Shown: one piece after another, positions 17,782 through 25,592 of the stretch
Position numbering within the stretch: the stretch's first letter is position 1
Layout: the number at the start of each line of letters is the position of its first letter
Origin: a virus
Direction: 5' to 3' (one strand)
Virus record (IMG/VR): IMGVR_UViG_3300037483_000555
Location: 1-39,586 of that record
DNA length: 39,586 nucleotides
Made by a program: the position numbers and the translations under genes
Notes under the pieces: model-generated
Seen by the model: only the letters and a program-made list of their open reading frames with translations
Database searches by the model: none
Told to the model about the DNA's origin: nothing

Positions 17782-17818
17782 CCGAGCTGCCTCGCGAGCG
17801 TGGCGCGCTCGGCCAGGC

Positions 17819-18040
17819 TCATCGCTTGGTCTCCTGCGGCGCATCCACCGCGCGGCGCACCCTCACCGTCTCCTGCTCCAGGGCGACCCGGTAGCGGCTA
17901 GGGTCCCGGTCGTTGTCGACGACCCTCCGCGAGCCGTACACCTCGCCAATGGACCGGATCCGGCGCGCGACGCGGCGGGCCTCCACGATGTTCTCGGCCT
18001 CGATCGTGTACTCGGCCACCAGGATCGCGGTGTATCTCAT
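17819..18040 (-). CDS. Hypothetical protein
   Basis: 73 aa from the internal ATG, preceded by GGAGACCAAGCG. ATGA overlaps at both ends. Confidence 0.45.
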   Translation of the reverse strand: MRYTAILVAEYTIEAENIVEARRVARRIRSIGEVYGSRRVVDNDRDPSRYRVALEQETVRVRRAVDAPQETKR

Positions 18041-18240
18041 CGCTTGGTCTCCCGAGGGGAGCGGCGACGCGACCACACGCGACCGCGCTTCGGCCAGAAG
18101 GGCCCGTCACAGCCGCGCGGTACGTGCCGCTCCGGGCGCTGGAGGATGTCGAGCAGGGTCCACAGCCGGGACTCGAGCACGGCCACCCGGCGGCGGAGGC
18201 GCGCGACGTCCATCTCTTCGACGATGGCTGCGCGGATCAT
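18037..18240 (-). CDS. Hypothetical protein
   Basis: 67 aa from the internal ATG, preceded by GAGGACGCG. ATGA overlaps at both ends. Confidence 0.45.
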   Translation of the reverse strand: MIRAAIVEEMDVARLRRRVAVLESRLWTLLDILQRPERHVPRGCDGPFWPKRGRVWSRRRSPRETKR

Positions 18241-18473
18241 CGCGTCCTCGACCTGGGGGAGGGAGAGGGGCAGCGCGACTCGGACGCCTCCTTGAGCCGT
18301 CGCAGCGCTCGGCAGACCGGGCAGTCCGGGTCTCGACGGAGGCCGGGGGGCGGGGCCTCGCATCCTACGCGCTCGGTTGCGGTCGCGACGCCTTCGAGGG
18401 CGATCAGGTACTCGCGCTCGCGGGCGCTCAACATGCGCCAGTTGCCGTCATCGGGCCTCGTCCTAGTTGTCAT
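18237..18473 (-). CDS. Hypothetical small Cys-containing protein
   Basis: 78 aa. AGGGGAGG lies before the ATG. Contains a CPVC motif. Confidence 0.45.
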   Translation of the reverse strand: MTTRTRPDDGNWRMLSAREREYLIALEGVATATERVGCEAPPPGLRRDPDCPVCRALRRLKEASESRCPSPSPRSRTR

Positions 18474-18754
18474 CGCCTCCCCTTTCTCCCGGTCCGGCCC
18501 GGGGAGAGACGGGCCAGCGCGCGGTCGAGCGCGCGTAGCATCTCCCAGTCACCGCCGTTGACGAGCAGATCGCCGGGCGACTCCGGGTCCTCGTAGACCA
18601 GTTTGCGCGCCGCCCTCACCGCCGCGAGCAGCGACCGGAGCTCTCGCCGGGCCGCGTCCCACTCATCCCGCGTGACGCCCCAGTCCACTGGGGCTAGGGA
18701 GGCGATGCGGACCAGTGCCGGCGCGATCGTCGGCTTGCTCACAGGCACCCCCAC
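18470..18754 (-). CDS. Hypothetical protein
   Basis: 94 aa, GTG start, high GC3. Confidence 0.4.
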   Translation of the reverse strand: MGVPVSKPTIAPALVRIASLAPVDWGVTRDEWDAARRELRSLLAAVRAARKLVYEDPESPGDLLVNGGDWEMLRALDRALARLSPGRTGRKGRR

Positions 18755-18806
18755 GCGATGACGAGGTCCCGGATCAGGTCGCGGATGAATCGGACGAGCG
18801 CGGCGA

Positions 18807-19103
18807 TCATTGCGCGGCCCTCCAGTCGTTATGGAGGCGCACGAAGAACTGCGGCGACACGCCGAACGCGCGCCCCAGCTTCCCGGCCAATTCGTCGTCC
18901 ATCACAATGTTGCGCTCGCGGCGGCAAGCCAGGAACATATCCACACACAGGTGGTTGATGCCGTAGTCGGACGCGGGCCCCATGCGCCGGGCCACGTCCT
19001 CAACCGTCCAGCCTCGGGCCCGCATCTCCTCCTCGATCACGTCGGCGCACGGCGAGGAATCGGGCTGCTCCAGCGGGAGGCCGAGGTCGCGCAGGTTCGT
19101 CAC
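18807..19103 (-). CDS. HigA-family (XRE-type) HTH protein
   Basis: 98 aa from GTG 19103 (GGGAGG upstream, GTGA overlap). CADVIEEEMRARGWTVEDVARRMG...ELAGKLGRAFGVSPQFFVRLHNDW parallels the HigA antitoxin layout (...fG.SpefWlnLQ..yd). Confidence 0.55.
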   Translation of the reverse strand: MTNLRDLGLPLEQPDSSPCADVIEEEMRARGWTVEDVARRMGPASDYGINHLCVDMFLACRRERNIVMDDELAGKLGRAFGVSPQFFVRLHNDWRAAQ

Positions 19104-19558
19104 GTCGCGCCTCCCTTCTCCGGCTCGGGAGCGGACGAGACCGGCGTCCCTGCGGGCTGTGGGGTGGGCCAGAGGTGGCGGGTGACGTCCTCCACCCCGT
19201 AGAACTCGGGCTCCTGGTGCGTCTCCTTGAGCCACGCCGCGAACACAGCATTCAGGCGGTCGCTCAGGTCGGCGGCCTCGGCCCCCTCCTCTGAGTCCGC
19301 GGGCGGGTACTCGTAGCCGGCCAGCCACTCCTCGGCCGCCTCGCCAGCCTCTTCTGTCGCTTCTTCGCGCAGGTGCTCGATCAGGCTATACACGTTGATC
19401 CGCGCGACGAACGGCACGCAGCGCCCGACATAGAACGTGCTTCCGGGCCCGAGCATGCCGTCCAGTTCGAGCGGGGCACCGGAGATAGCCTCCTCCTTGC
19501 TGGCGTAGCTGCCGTAGAATGCCTCTTCCGTCCCCACGCACCATCGGTCAGGCTTCAT
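19100..19558 (-). CDS. Highly acidic hypothetical protein
   Basis: 152 aa from ATG 19558. Only this C-terminal part of the 685-aa track ORF is consistent with neighbouring genes. Contains long Glu/Asp/Ala runs such as EEATEEAGEAAEEWLAGYEYPPADSEEGAEAADL. Confidence 0.45.
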   Translation of the reverse strand: MKPDRWCVGTEEAFYGSYASKEEAISGAPLELDGMLGPGSTFYVGRCVPFVARINVYSLIEHLREEATEEAGEAAEEWLAGYEYPPADSEEGAEAADLSDRLNAVFAAWLKETHQEPEFYGVEDVTRHLWPTPQPAGTPVSSAPEPEKGGAT

Positions 19559-20141
19559 GCGGCTCCTCCTCCTCCTTCGTCGGGGTGGGCGCTGCCGGGG
19601 AGCAGACGTGCTCGCGGTTTCCGCCGTTCCACTCGTCGTCGCCCCACTCGGCGCGGCACCGGATGCAAACCCACGATCCGCCGCAACAGAAGTCGCACGG
19701 GTGTGCGCGCTCGGCGTTGTGACGGAAGCCGATCGTCTCGTCGCCAGCGAGGTCGAGGCCCTCCTTCTCGGCCCATGCGCGGTCAGCGTCCCCCGGAGCG
19801 GCGGCCGGAGCCGGGGACTCCTGAGAAAGGGCGGCGCGAACCTTATCGAGCGCTTCGGAGTCCGTGCGGCCCTCGCCCTTTGCGCAGTGGTTACCTTGCG
19901 TGAAAAGCCAGAACGTGTGCGCCTCGCCGCCCTGCCGGTAGTCGTTGTGGATCGCGACCACCCAGCCGGCGGCGCGCAGATCATCAGGGAGCGCCTCCCG
20001 CAGCGCCCTCTCCCTCTCTTCGGACCGGGCCAGGGCGGCGCGGAGGCCCGCCAGTAGTCGATCCTTGCCGGGGGCAGGTCGGCAGCCGCAGAACGTGCAT
20101 GGGCATCCGTGGTGACACGTGCAGGTGCATGTCTCATCCAT
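19548..20141 (-). CDS. Cys-cluster protein, unknown function
   Basis: 197 aa from ATG 20141 (GGAGACGACA upstream). N-terminal CTCTCHHGCPCTFCGC and C-terminal HPCDFCCGGSWVCIRC clusters flank a globular core containing AIHNDYRQGGEAHTFWLF. Confidence 0.5.
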   Translation of the reverse strand: MDETCTCTCHHGCPCTFCGCRPAPGKDRLLAGLRAALARSEERERALREALPDDLRAAGWVVAIHNDYRQGGEAHTFWLFTQGNHCAKGEGRTDSEALDKVRAALSQESPAPAAAPGDADRAWAEKEGLDLAGDETIGFRHNAERAHPCDFCCGGSWVCIRCRAEWGDDEWNGGNREHVCSPAAPTPTKEEEEPHEA

Positions 20142-21003
20142 TGTCGTCTCCGGGAGCGGCGGGTGGAGGGTCCATCGGCGCATGACACATGCAGTTCGGA
20201 TCGCCAGCCGGACAGCGCGGGGCGACAGGGGCGGAGGAGAGCAGGCGCACCAGCACCTTGCGTGCCGTGGTGCGCACTAGCCAGTCGTCTCGCTCGGCGC
20301 CCCGCAGCGTCAGCCCCTCCAATCCGGCCACTTCCGTGAACACGACGCGCCGCAGGACGCGGCACGCCTCCTCGATCGTCGCCCCGCGCGCCTCGCTCAG
20401 CTCGCGGCGCAGGCGCTCCTCGACAACCACCAGGCCGTCGCGCGCAGCGGCGCGTTCCCGGGCAGCCTGTAGCGCCTCGTCCCGCTCCCGGCGCAGGGAT
20501 GCGGCGGCGTCCTTGGCGGCCAGATAGTCCTGATCCTTTTCGGCGATGATGCCGGCGAGCTCTGCGATCTGCTCGTGGGCCTCGTCCCGCTCCCGTCCCA
20601 GCTCCTCCTCTCGGGAGAGGGAGGCCCGCATCGAGTCGCACATGCGGTCGTACTCTCGCCGCGCCGACATGGACCTCCAGTGATCGCGAGCGTCGGGCGT
20701 CTCCTCGCCGTGGCTCTCGCGCACAAGCAGGGCCAGCGCATGGATGATCTGACCGTCCACTTCCGGGATCCGCGGGAAGGCCGGGCGCCTCGCCGGCCGC
20801 TCGGAGTTTGCGCCGAGTTTGACCTCGGCCTCCACGGCGGGCGCGCTCGGCGAGGGCTCGAACCACGCGGTCGGCGAGAACCACACGCACGCGGTCGCGG
20901 TGTGCCGGCAGATAGCCCCCGCGTTCTCTTCGACACGGCGGCCGGTAGCGGTCAGGAGACCGTAGGCGCCGCATGCGCACGTCTGTGTGACGGCGGTTGT
21001 CAT
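20134..21003 (-). CDS. Coiled-coil protein with terminal Cys motifs
   Basis: 289 aa from ATG 21003 (AGGAGACCCG upstream, ATGA overlap). Long Glu/Arg/Ala heptad-like centre. Confidence 0.5.
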   Translation of the reverse strand: MTTAVTQTCACGAYGLLTATGRRVEENAGAICRHTATACVWFSPTAWFEPSPSAPAVEAEVKLGANSERPARRPAFPRIPEVDGQIIHALALLVRESHGEETPDARDHWRSMSARREYDRMCDSMRASLSREEELGRERDEAHEQIAELAGIIAEKDQDYLAAKDAAASLRRERDEALQAARERAAARDGLVVVEERLRRELSEARGATIEEACRVLRRVVFTEVAGLEGLTLRGAERDDWLVRTTARKVLVRLLSSAPVAPRCPAGDPNCMCHAPMDPPPAAPGDDNG

Positions 21004-21377
21004 CGGGTCTCCTGTCCAAGGGCAGCGCGGGCGCGCGCGGCGTGAATGGCGCACTTGAAGGTGGCGCTGACCATCGGTCCGCCCGGGATGCACTCGCCGC
21101 ACGCGTGATCCCAGAGCAGGCCCTCGGGGTAGGGGCGGAACACGGCCGGATCGCCACGCTCGATGTCGTAGCCTCGGTGTCTCCGTACTTGGCTTTCGGC
21201 CTCCATGAGGACCCATCGGTCGGCCAGTTCCAGCGCCCGCTCTGCGGCTGAGAGGCGGTCGAGGAGCGTCATCACCGTCAGGCCGGCTGGCGTCTCGCCC
21301 AGGGCTACCGCCATCCTCTTCGCCTCCATCACTTCGGGGTCCACCGGGGCCGCTCTATCGTCGGTTCGCTCGCTCAT
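21000..21377 (-). CDS. Hypothetical protein
   Basis: 125 aa from ATG 21377. ATGA overlaps on both sides. Confidence 0.45.
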   Translation of the reverse strand: MSERTDDRAAPVDPEVMEAKRMAVALGETPAGLTVMTLLDRLSAAERALELADRWVLMEAESQVRRHRGYDIERGDPAVFRPYPEGLLWDHACGECIPGGPMVSATFKCAIHAARARAALGQETR

Positions 21378-21805
21378 GTCTCTCGCCTCCCCTCCGCCTC
21401 GCGGGACTCCGCCCATTCCGGAGCCGCCTCCGCCCACGTCCGATCGTTCTCGTAGACGCGGACGTTCACGAGTTGGAAAGCCATCGTGGATTCGCGTCGC
21501 ATGAAGCGGAGCGCCTCACACAAGTACGCCACGATGTTCTCTACGGTCGGCTGCGCCAACACAGCCTCCGCGCCGCCGTGCTCCGCGAGCTCGTTCAGGT
21601 ATCGATGGTCGAGGCGCGCGATCACGGGGCCCATGCAGACATCCAGATCACCCGTGTCGATGACGAGTCCGTTCCCGAGTGGCCCGGCGACCGTGATCTC
21701 TACCGCGTAGGTGTGGCCATGCAAGCGGCTGCACCTGTGGCGCTCCCCGAGGCCAATGAGCCGATGCGCCGCTGAGAACGTATACCTGCGAGTCAACCTG
21801 ATCAC
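21374..21805 (-). CDS. queD: 6-carboxy-5,6,7,8-tetrahydropterin synthase (QueD / PTPS family)
   Basis: YTFSAAHRL...CSRLHGHTYAVEITV...GLVIDTGDL is the QueD/PTPS signature (Cys plus His-Gly-His). GTG 21805 follows GGGAGGG. GTGA overlap with the upstream gene. Confidence 0.75.
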   Translation of the reverse strand: MIRLTRRYTFSAAHRLIGLGERHRCSRLHGHTYAVEITVAGPLGNGLVIDTGDLDVCMGPVIARLDHRYLNELAEHGGAEAVLAQPTVENIVAYLCEALRFMRRESTMAFQLVNVRVYENDRTWAEAAPEWAESREAEGRRET

Positions 21806-22542
21806 GCAACCCTCCCAAAGAGCCCTTGCTGAACAGGGCGCCCGATCCATCTCTCGGCGCTCTGTTGAAACTCGATGCGCTCCGCCAGTACGAGAGCTCG
21901 CACCGCCTTGCTCGGCGGCTGGTAGGCCCCCGACCACGCCGCATCGATCCCGATGTTCCGCGCTATGTTCGTGCTGTCCGCGCTGGCGAACGGCAGCCGC
22001 GCGAAGAGTTCGGCGTCCAGCATCCGGAGTCCGTGCAGTTTCACCCGCGGGCGACCCTCCTCGTCACACACGACGCGCATGGCCTCATTCATCCGGGACC
22101 ACCAGGCGACCGACCCGGGATCCGAGTAGGCGCCCGAGCTGCCGAAGGCGACGCGCGGCCAGTCGGCGGCGAGACGCGCGAGGCGGTCCATGCTCTCGTG
22201 CAGGTGCCACACCGGAACGCCGAAGCGGCCATGCGGCCACTCCGTAAGCAGGGCGTCGTTCGCGGCCTCGTCGCCATCGATCACGTCGGGCACGATCGCG
22301 AAGTCGCAGGCGGGGTGCCGCAGAAGATCGCCAACCCACTCGTAGTACGGCGCCCAATCCGCGATCGGTTTGCCGCTGCGCCACGCACCGAAGGCCCCGT
22401 TGTCGAGGGCGAAGGACTGGCACAGCGAGGCGGCGATCCCGATCTGCCGCGAGTCGGACCACGACACGAACGCGTGCCGCCCGCGCAGCACCTCGGCTGC
22501 GACGCTCTCTGGCGTGATCGGCGTGCCGTGGAACGGAATCAC
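21802..22542 (-). CDS. TGT-fold, DpdA-like DNA (7-deazaguanine) transglycosylase candidate
   Basis: 246 aa from GTG 22542 (GAGG upstream, GTGA overlap). LDNGAF, VPDVIDG, LHGLRM and SADSTN are spaced like the DSGGF / D / G / D-containing strands of TGT/DpdA TIM barrels. Adjacent to queD. Confidence 0.45.
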   Translation of the reverse strand: MIPFHGTPITPESVAAEVLRGRHAFVSWSDSRQIGIAASLCQSFALDNGAFGAWRSGKPIADWAPYYEWVGDLLRHPACDFAIVPDVIDGDEAANDALLTEWPHGRFGVPVWHLHESMDRLARLAADWPRVAFGSSGAYSDPGSVAWWSRMNEAMRVVCDEEGRPRVKLHGLRMLDAELFARLPFASADSTNIARNIGIDAAWSGAYQPPSKAVRALVLAERIEFQQSAERWIGRPVQQGLFGRVA

Positions 22543-22991
22543 CGCGATGCCTCGCGGGACTCCGCGCGGCGCATGTCCTCGACCTTCGCCAGTCGGCGCG
22601 ACAGCACTCTCGCGGCCTCGGGCATCCCGCGCTCCACGCAATAAGCAGCCAGGCTGCGCAGCGTGGGCGGACACCCGGCGTGGACGCTGACGGCGCTCCG
22701 TTCGTCGTGGTGCGCGAAACAGAGCATCACCACGCACTCCAAGCGATCGGCCCGGAGGATATGGTGCATGTGCAGCAAATCCCGGGATCCGCACTCGACA
22801 CACTTGCGCCCGTCCCGCTCCATCGCCAGCGCCCGAAGCTCGGAGCGGCTCAGCCCCGGTTCCTGCGCCTTGGTCCGCCCCTCCCTCGGGATGCGCCGGG
22901 GCTTCCGGAGGAGACGCTTGGCCGGCTCCGAGATGCGCGGCGGCGCATGCTCGGCGGCCCAGGTCGCAACCGCTTTCAGATCTCGGTTCAT
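22539..22991 (-). CDS. HNH endonuclease
   Basis: CVECGSRDLLHMHHILRADRLECVVMLCFAHHDE gives a Cys pair plus an H-N-H-type histidine arrangement. GAGGA lies before the ATG. Confidence 0.7.
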   Translation of the reverse strand: MNRDLKAVATWAAEHAPPRISEPAKRLLRKPRRIPREGRTKAQEPGLSRSELRALAMERDGRKCVECGSRDLLHMHHILRADRLECVVMLCFAHHDERSAVSVHAGCPPTLRSLAAYCVERGMPEAARVLSRRLAKVEDMRRAESREASR

Positions 22992-23091
22992 CGCATCCTC
23001 AGGTGAATCCCCGCCACCCGGCTCACCGCCCGACTCCGAGACAGGGGGAGGGCTCGGGCGAGCGATGCGGCCGGGCGGCGGGAAGGGGGGG

Positions 23092-24105
23092 TCAGAAGGA
23101 CAGTCCCGCGTCGGCCTGTTTCATGGCCTCCTGGAAGAGCATCACGTCGGCGTCGGTGAGTTGCCCGGCGCTATCCTTCTTCGTGACGTTCTTGATCTCG
23201 GCGTGGATGTCCTCCTTCGACATGCCCATTTGCGCGCCAATGGCCAGGATGCGCTGATAGGCGGAGGCGGTCTGCTCAGGCCCGGCGGTCCCACTCTTCG
23301 CGTTCGCGCGCCTGCCGATCTCCGCATCGATGGCGGCGAGCTGGGCCTGGGTCTTCGCGTGATACTTGGACTTCTCGGGGTCCTTGAGGTCGCGGTCGAA
23401 GGCGCCGCGATACCACTTGAGGTCCTCGTCCGTGAGCTCGGGTATCGTCTTCCCTTTGGCTCGCCCGAACTTGATCTCGCCGAGCGAGGCGTCGGCCGAG
23501 GAGCCCCCGCCCTTCGAGCCGCTGCGGTAGCTGACCTGCTGGGTCTCGCCGCGCCTGATGCCCAGGGACTCGAGGCGCTCCCACGTGAGGTTCCGCACAC
23601 CCAGGAGCCTCGTCACCGCGTTCACGAGCATGTTGCTGTACGCGGCCTTCATGATGTTCCCCTCGTCGATCTCCGAGAGGGGCCGCCCCTCCTTCGTCTC
23701 CGTGCCGAGGAAGGTGTCGCGCGAGGAGCACGTCCCGATGGCGCGCATGGAGTCCCAGCCGCCGGGCAGCGTGGCCGTGCACTCGTAGAGCCACAGATAG
23801 TACGTTCCCTTGTCGTCGGCGCTGACGATCTTCTCCTTGGCCAGGTCCGAGACCGCTACGGCGCAGCGGCGCGCCATGACCTCGGCGGCCGGCGCGGTCG
23901 GCCAAGGCTTGTCGCCCTGGGAGACCCACTGCCCCGCGTGCGTGGAGCGGATCGCCACCTCCAGCACGCGCTCGAGGAGCTTGTTCCGTTGCTCGATGAT
24001 GACCAACGGGTCGATGTCCGGCCGGGTGATAGAGCCTTCGGGCCGCACCTCCACGGTGCGCGCCGAGGCCGGGATAACGTCGGTGTTCCGTCCTGTGGTT
24101 GCCAT
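23092..24105 (-). CDS. Single-strand annealing / recombination protein (ERF- or Rad52-like, putative)
   Basis: 337 aa from ATG 24105 (GGAGAAACC upstream). MKAAYSNMLVNAVTRLLGV recalls the ERF ...SSYARKYCLNGLFGI segment. Paired with an exonuclease immediately upstream. Confidence 0.45.
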   Translation of the reverse strand: MATTGRNTDVIPASARTVEVRPEGSITRPDIDPLVIIEQRNKLLERVLEVAIRSTHAGQWVSQGDKPWPTAPAAEVMARRCAVAVSDLAKEKIVSADDKGTYYLWLYECTATLPGGWDSMRAIGTCSSRDTFLGTETKEGRPLSEIDEGNIMKAAYSNMLVNAVTRLLGVRNLTWERLESLGIRRGETQQVSYRSGSKGGGSSADASLGEIKFGRAKGKTIPELTDEDLKWYRGAFDRDLKDPEKSKYHAKTQAQLAAIDAEIGRRANAKSGTAGPEQTASAYQRILAIGAQMGMSKEDIHAEIKNVTKKDSAGQLTDADVMLFQEAMKQADAGLSF

Positions 24106-24122
24106 GGTTTCTCCGGGCCGGC

Positions 24123-25097
24123 TCACTGCGCCGCGCTCCGAGGGGTTGCGACGTACGTGCGCTGCCAGTACGACGTTGCCTTCATCTGAAACGCCTTCTT
24201 CTCCACGTGCTTCGCCTTCACGAGGTAATCCCCGACCATCACTTCCTCGGCCTCTGGAAGCATCGTCTTGAGGCGCTTGTCGATGCTCTCGATCTCGCTC
24301 TTGGCGGGCGCCAGTTCCTGCCGGCGCGCGATGAGCGCCATCGCTTCCGCGTCATCAAAGAAGCGCACCCCTGGCCCCATGGCTCGGTTCGGCATGCAGA
24401 CGTGCGCGAAGGCGCACTTGCCGCACTCGTCGGACTCGGACCGGGGAAGGGGCTCGTTCGCCTTCACCGCATCCCGGATGCGCTCGGCCTTGGCCAGCAA
24501 GGCGTCGATGTGCGGCTGGTCTCGCGGGCAGTCGATGAACTGGATCTGCCCCGACGTCTTGTTCATGAGGGCGAAGACGCCTGCGGGCGCGTCGTCGAAG
24601 TGGATGTACAGCTGGAGTTGGGAGTAGTACTTGCGGATCCACTTCTGCGGGCAGTCGCGGATGTCGCCGATGGTCTCGATCTTGTCCGCCGAGTACGGGT
24701 TCAGGCCCTTGATCTCGAGGGGCAGCGGGCGCGGCCAACCCGTCATGCGGATCTTGGCGTCGGCGTGGCCGGTGAGTTCCCGGTCCCGATCGTGGTAGTC
24801 GCGCTCACGCTGGACGATGTCGCAACCCATGGCCTCGAGTTCGCGGACTATGTAGCGCTCCAGATTGTTGCCGAGGTCGAAGATGGCCTGGAGCTCGGGC
24901 GGGTGCGGCTGGCGCAGTTCACCGGCCGTGCGCTCGTAGAACAGGAAGCGCTCGCACTCGTGGCCGATGGAGGACGCTCGGGAGGTGTGCGCCGCCGAGA
25001 CGCGGACGCGGGACTTCTTGAGGTCCCAGAAACGCTCCCGGAGCTGCTCGGCCGGGGAGAGCGCCGCCGGCATCGCTTCCTGTGTGGTCGCTTCCAT
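24123..25097 (-). CDS. PD-(D/E)XK exonuclease, Cas4/RecB-like with a 4-Cys cluster
   Basis: GHADAKI ... LPLEIKG (D ... ExK), YSQLQLY (QxxxY), and one N-terminal Cys (GHECERF) plus C-terminal CGKCAFAHVC (C-x2-C-x5-C). Confidence 0.7.
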   Translation of the reverse strand: MEATTQEAMPAALSPAEQLRERFWDLKKSRVRVSAAHTSRASSIGHECERFLFYERTAGELRQPHPPELQAIFDLGNNLERYIVRELEAMGCDIVQRERDYHDRDRELTGHADAKIRMTGWPRPLPLEIKGLNPYSADKIETIGDIRDCPQKWIRKYYSQLQLYIHFDDAPAGVFALMNKTSGQIQFIDCPRDQPHIDALLAKAERIRDAVKANEPLPRSESDECGKCAFAHVCMPNRAMGPGVRFFDDAEAMALIARRQELAPAKSEIESIDKRLKTMLPEAEEVMVGDYLVKAKHVEKKAFQMKATSYWQRTYVATPRSAAQ

Positions 25098-25120
25098 GGT
25101 GTTCCCCTGTTCGTAAAGTG

Positions 25121-25157
25121 CGGTCGGGCCAGAGATAGGAACCGGGCGGCCCGACCG
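25121..25157 (-). terminator. GC-rich hairpin in an intergenic gap (attenuator or terminator candidate)
   Basis: cggtcgggcc (25121-25130) pairs perfectly with ggcccgaccg (25148-25157). It lies in the 96-bp gap between two minus-strand genes. No clear U-tract follows. Confidence 0.2.
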
Positions 25158-25193
25158 TCCTGCTGCCAGCTCATTCTGGCGAGCAGGGCAAGA

Positions 25194-25592
25194 TCAGAAC
25201 TGGCAGTCTGCCTCCGCTTCCGCCCTGAGCAGGCAGGACGGGGCGAGGTGCTGGCCCCCGCAGCTCCCGCAGTCCACGAGCAGGGGGAGCGGGGAGCGCG
25301 GCGGGGGCGCCACAGCGTGGAGGCCGAGATCCTTGGCCGGCCCGGAGAGGAAGAAATCGGGGCCGTACCTGGTGAGGTTGTCGCGGCTCATCGCGAGGTT
25401 GGCGGCCTCCATGCCCGCCCAGTCGCCAGCGAGCGAGGCCCGCAGCCACGCGGCGAAAAAGCGGCGGCCAGGGTCCCCTTCGGCATCCAGCAGCGAGAGC
25501 TCGGCGGCCTCCTCTATGCGCTGCGCCGCCTGGCGGGCATCCCGCGCCGCCTCGTATCGCTGCCGCAGCTCCTCGATCGTAGCCATGGTCAC
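25194..25592 (-). CDS. Hypothetical protein
   Basis: 132 aa. GTG 25592 (GTGA overlap) or ATG 25586 as the start. Confidence 0.45.
   Translation of the reverse strand: MTMATIEELRQRYEAARDARQAAQRIEEAAELSLLDAEGDPGRRFFAAWLRASLAGDWAGMEAANLAMSRDNLTRYGPDFFLSGPAKDLGLHAVAPPPRSPLPLLVDCGSCGGQHLAPSCLLRAEAEADCQF

Noticed and set aside
16445-18295. 616-aa plus-strand ORF
   Set aside because: It is antisense to the integrase and excisionase-like genes, which have clear catalytic and HTH motifs. It is a GC-driven artefact.
19559-21157. N-terminal 533 aa of the 685-aa minus-strand ORF 19100..21157
   Set aside because: It overlaps, out of frame, the better-supported genes 19548..20141 and 20134..21003, which have SD-preceded ATGs, ATGA coupling and high GC3. 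Only the last 152 codons (from ATG 19558) fit the operon structure.
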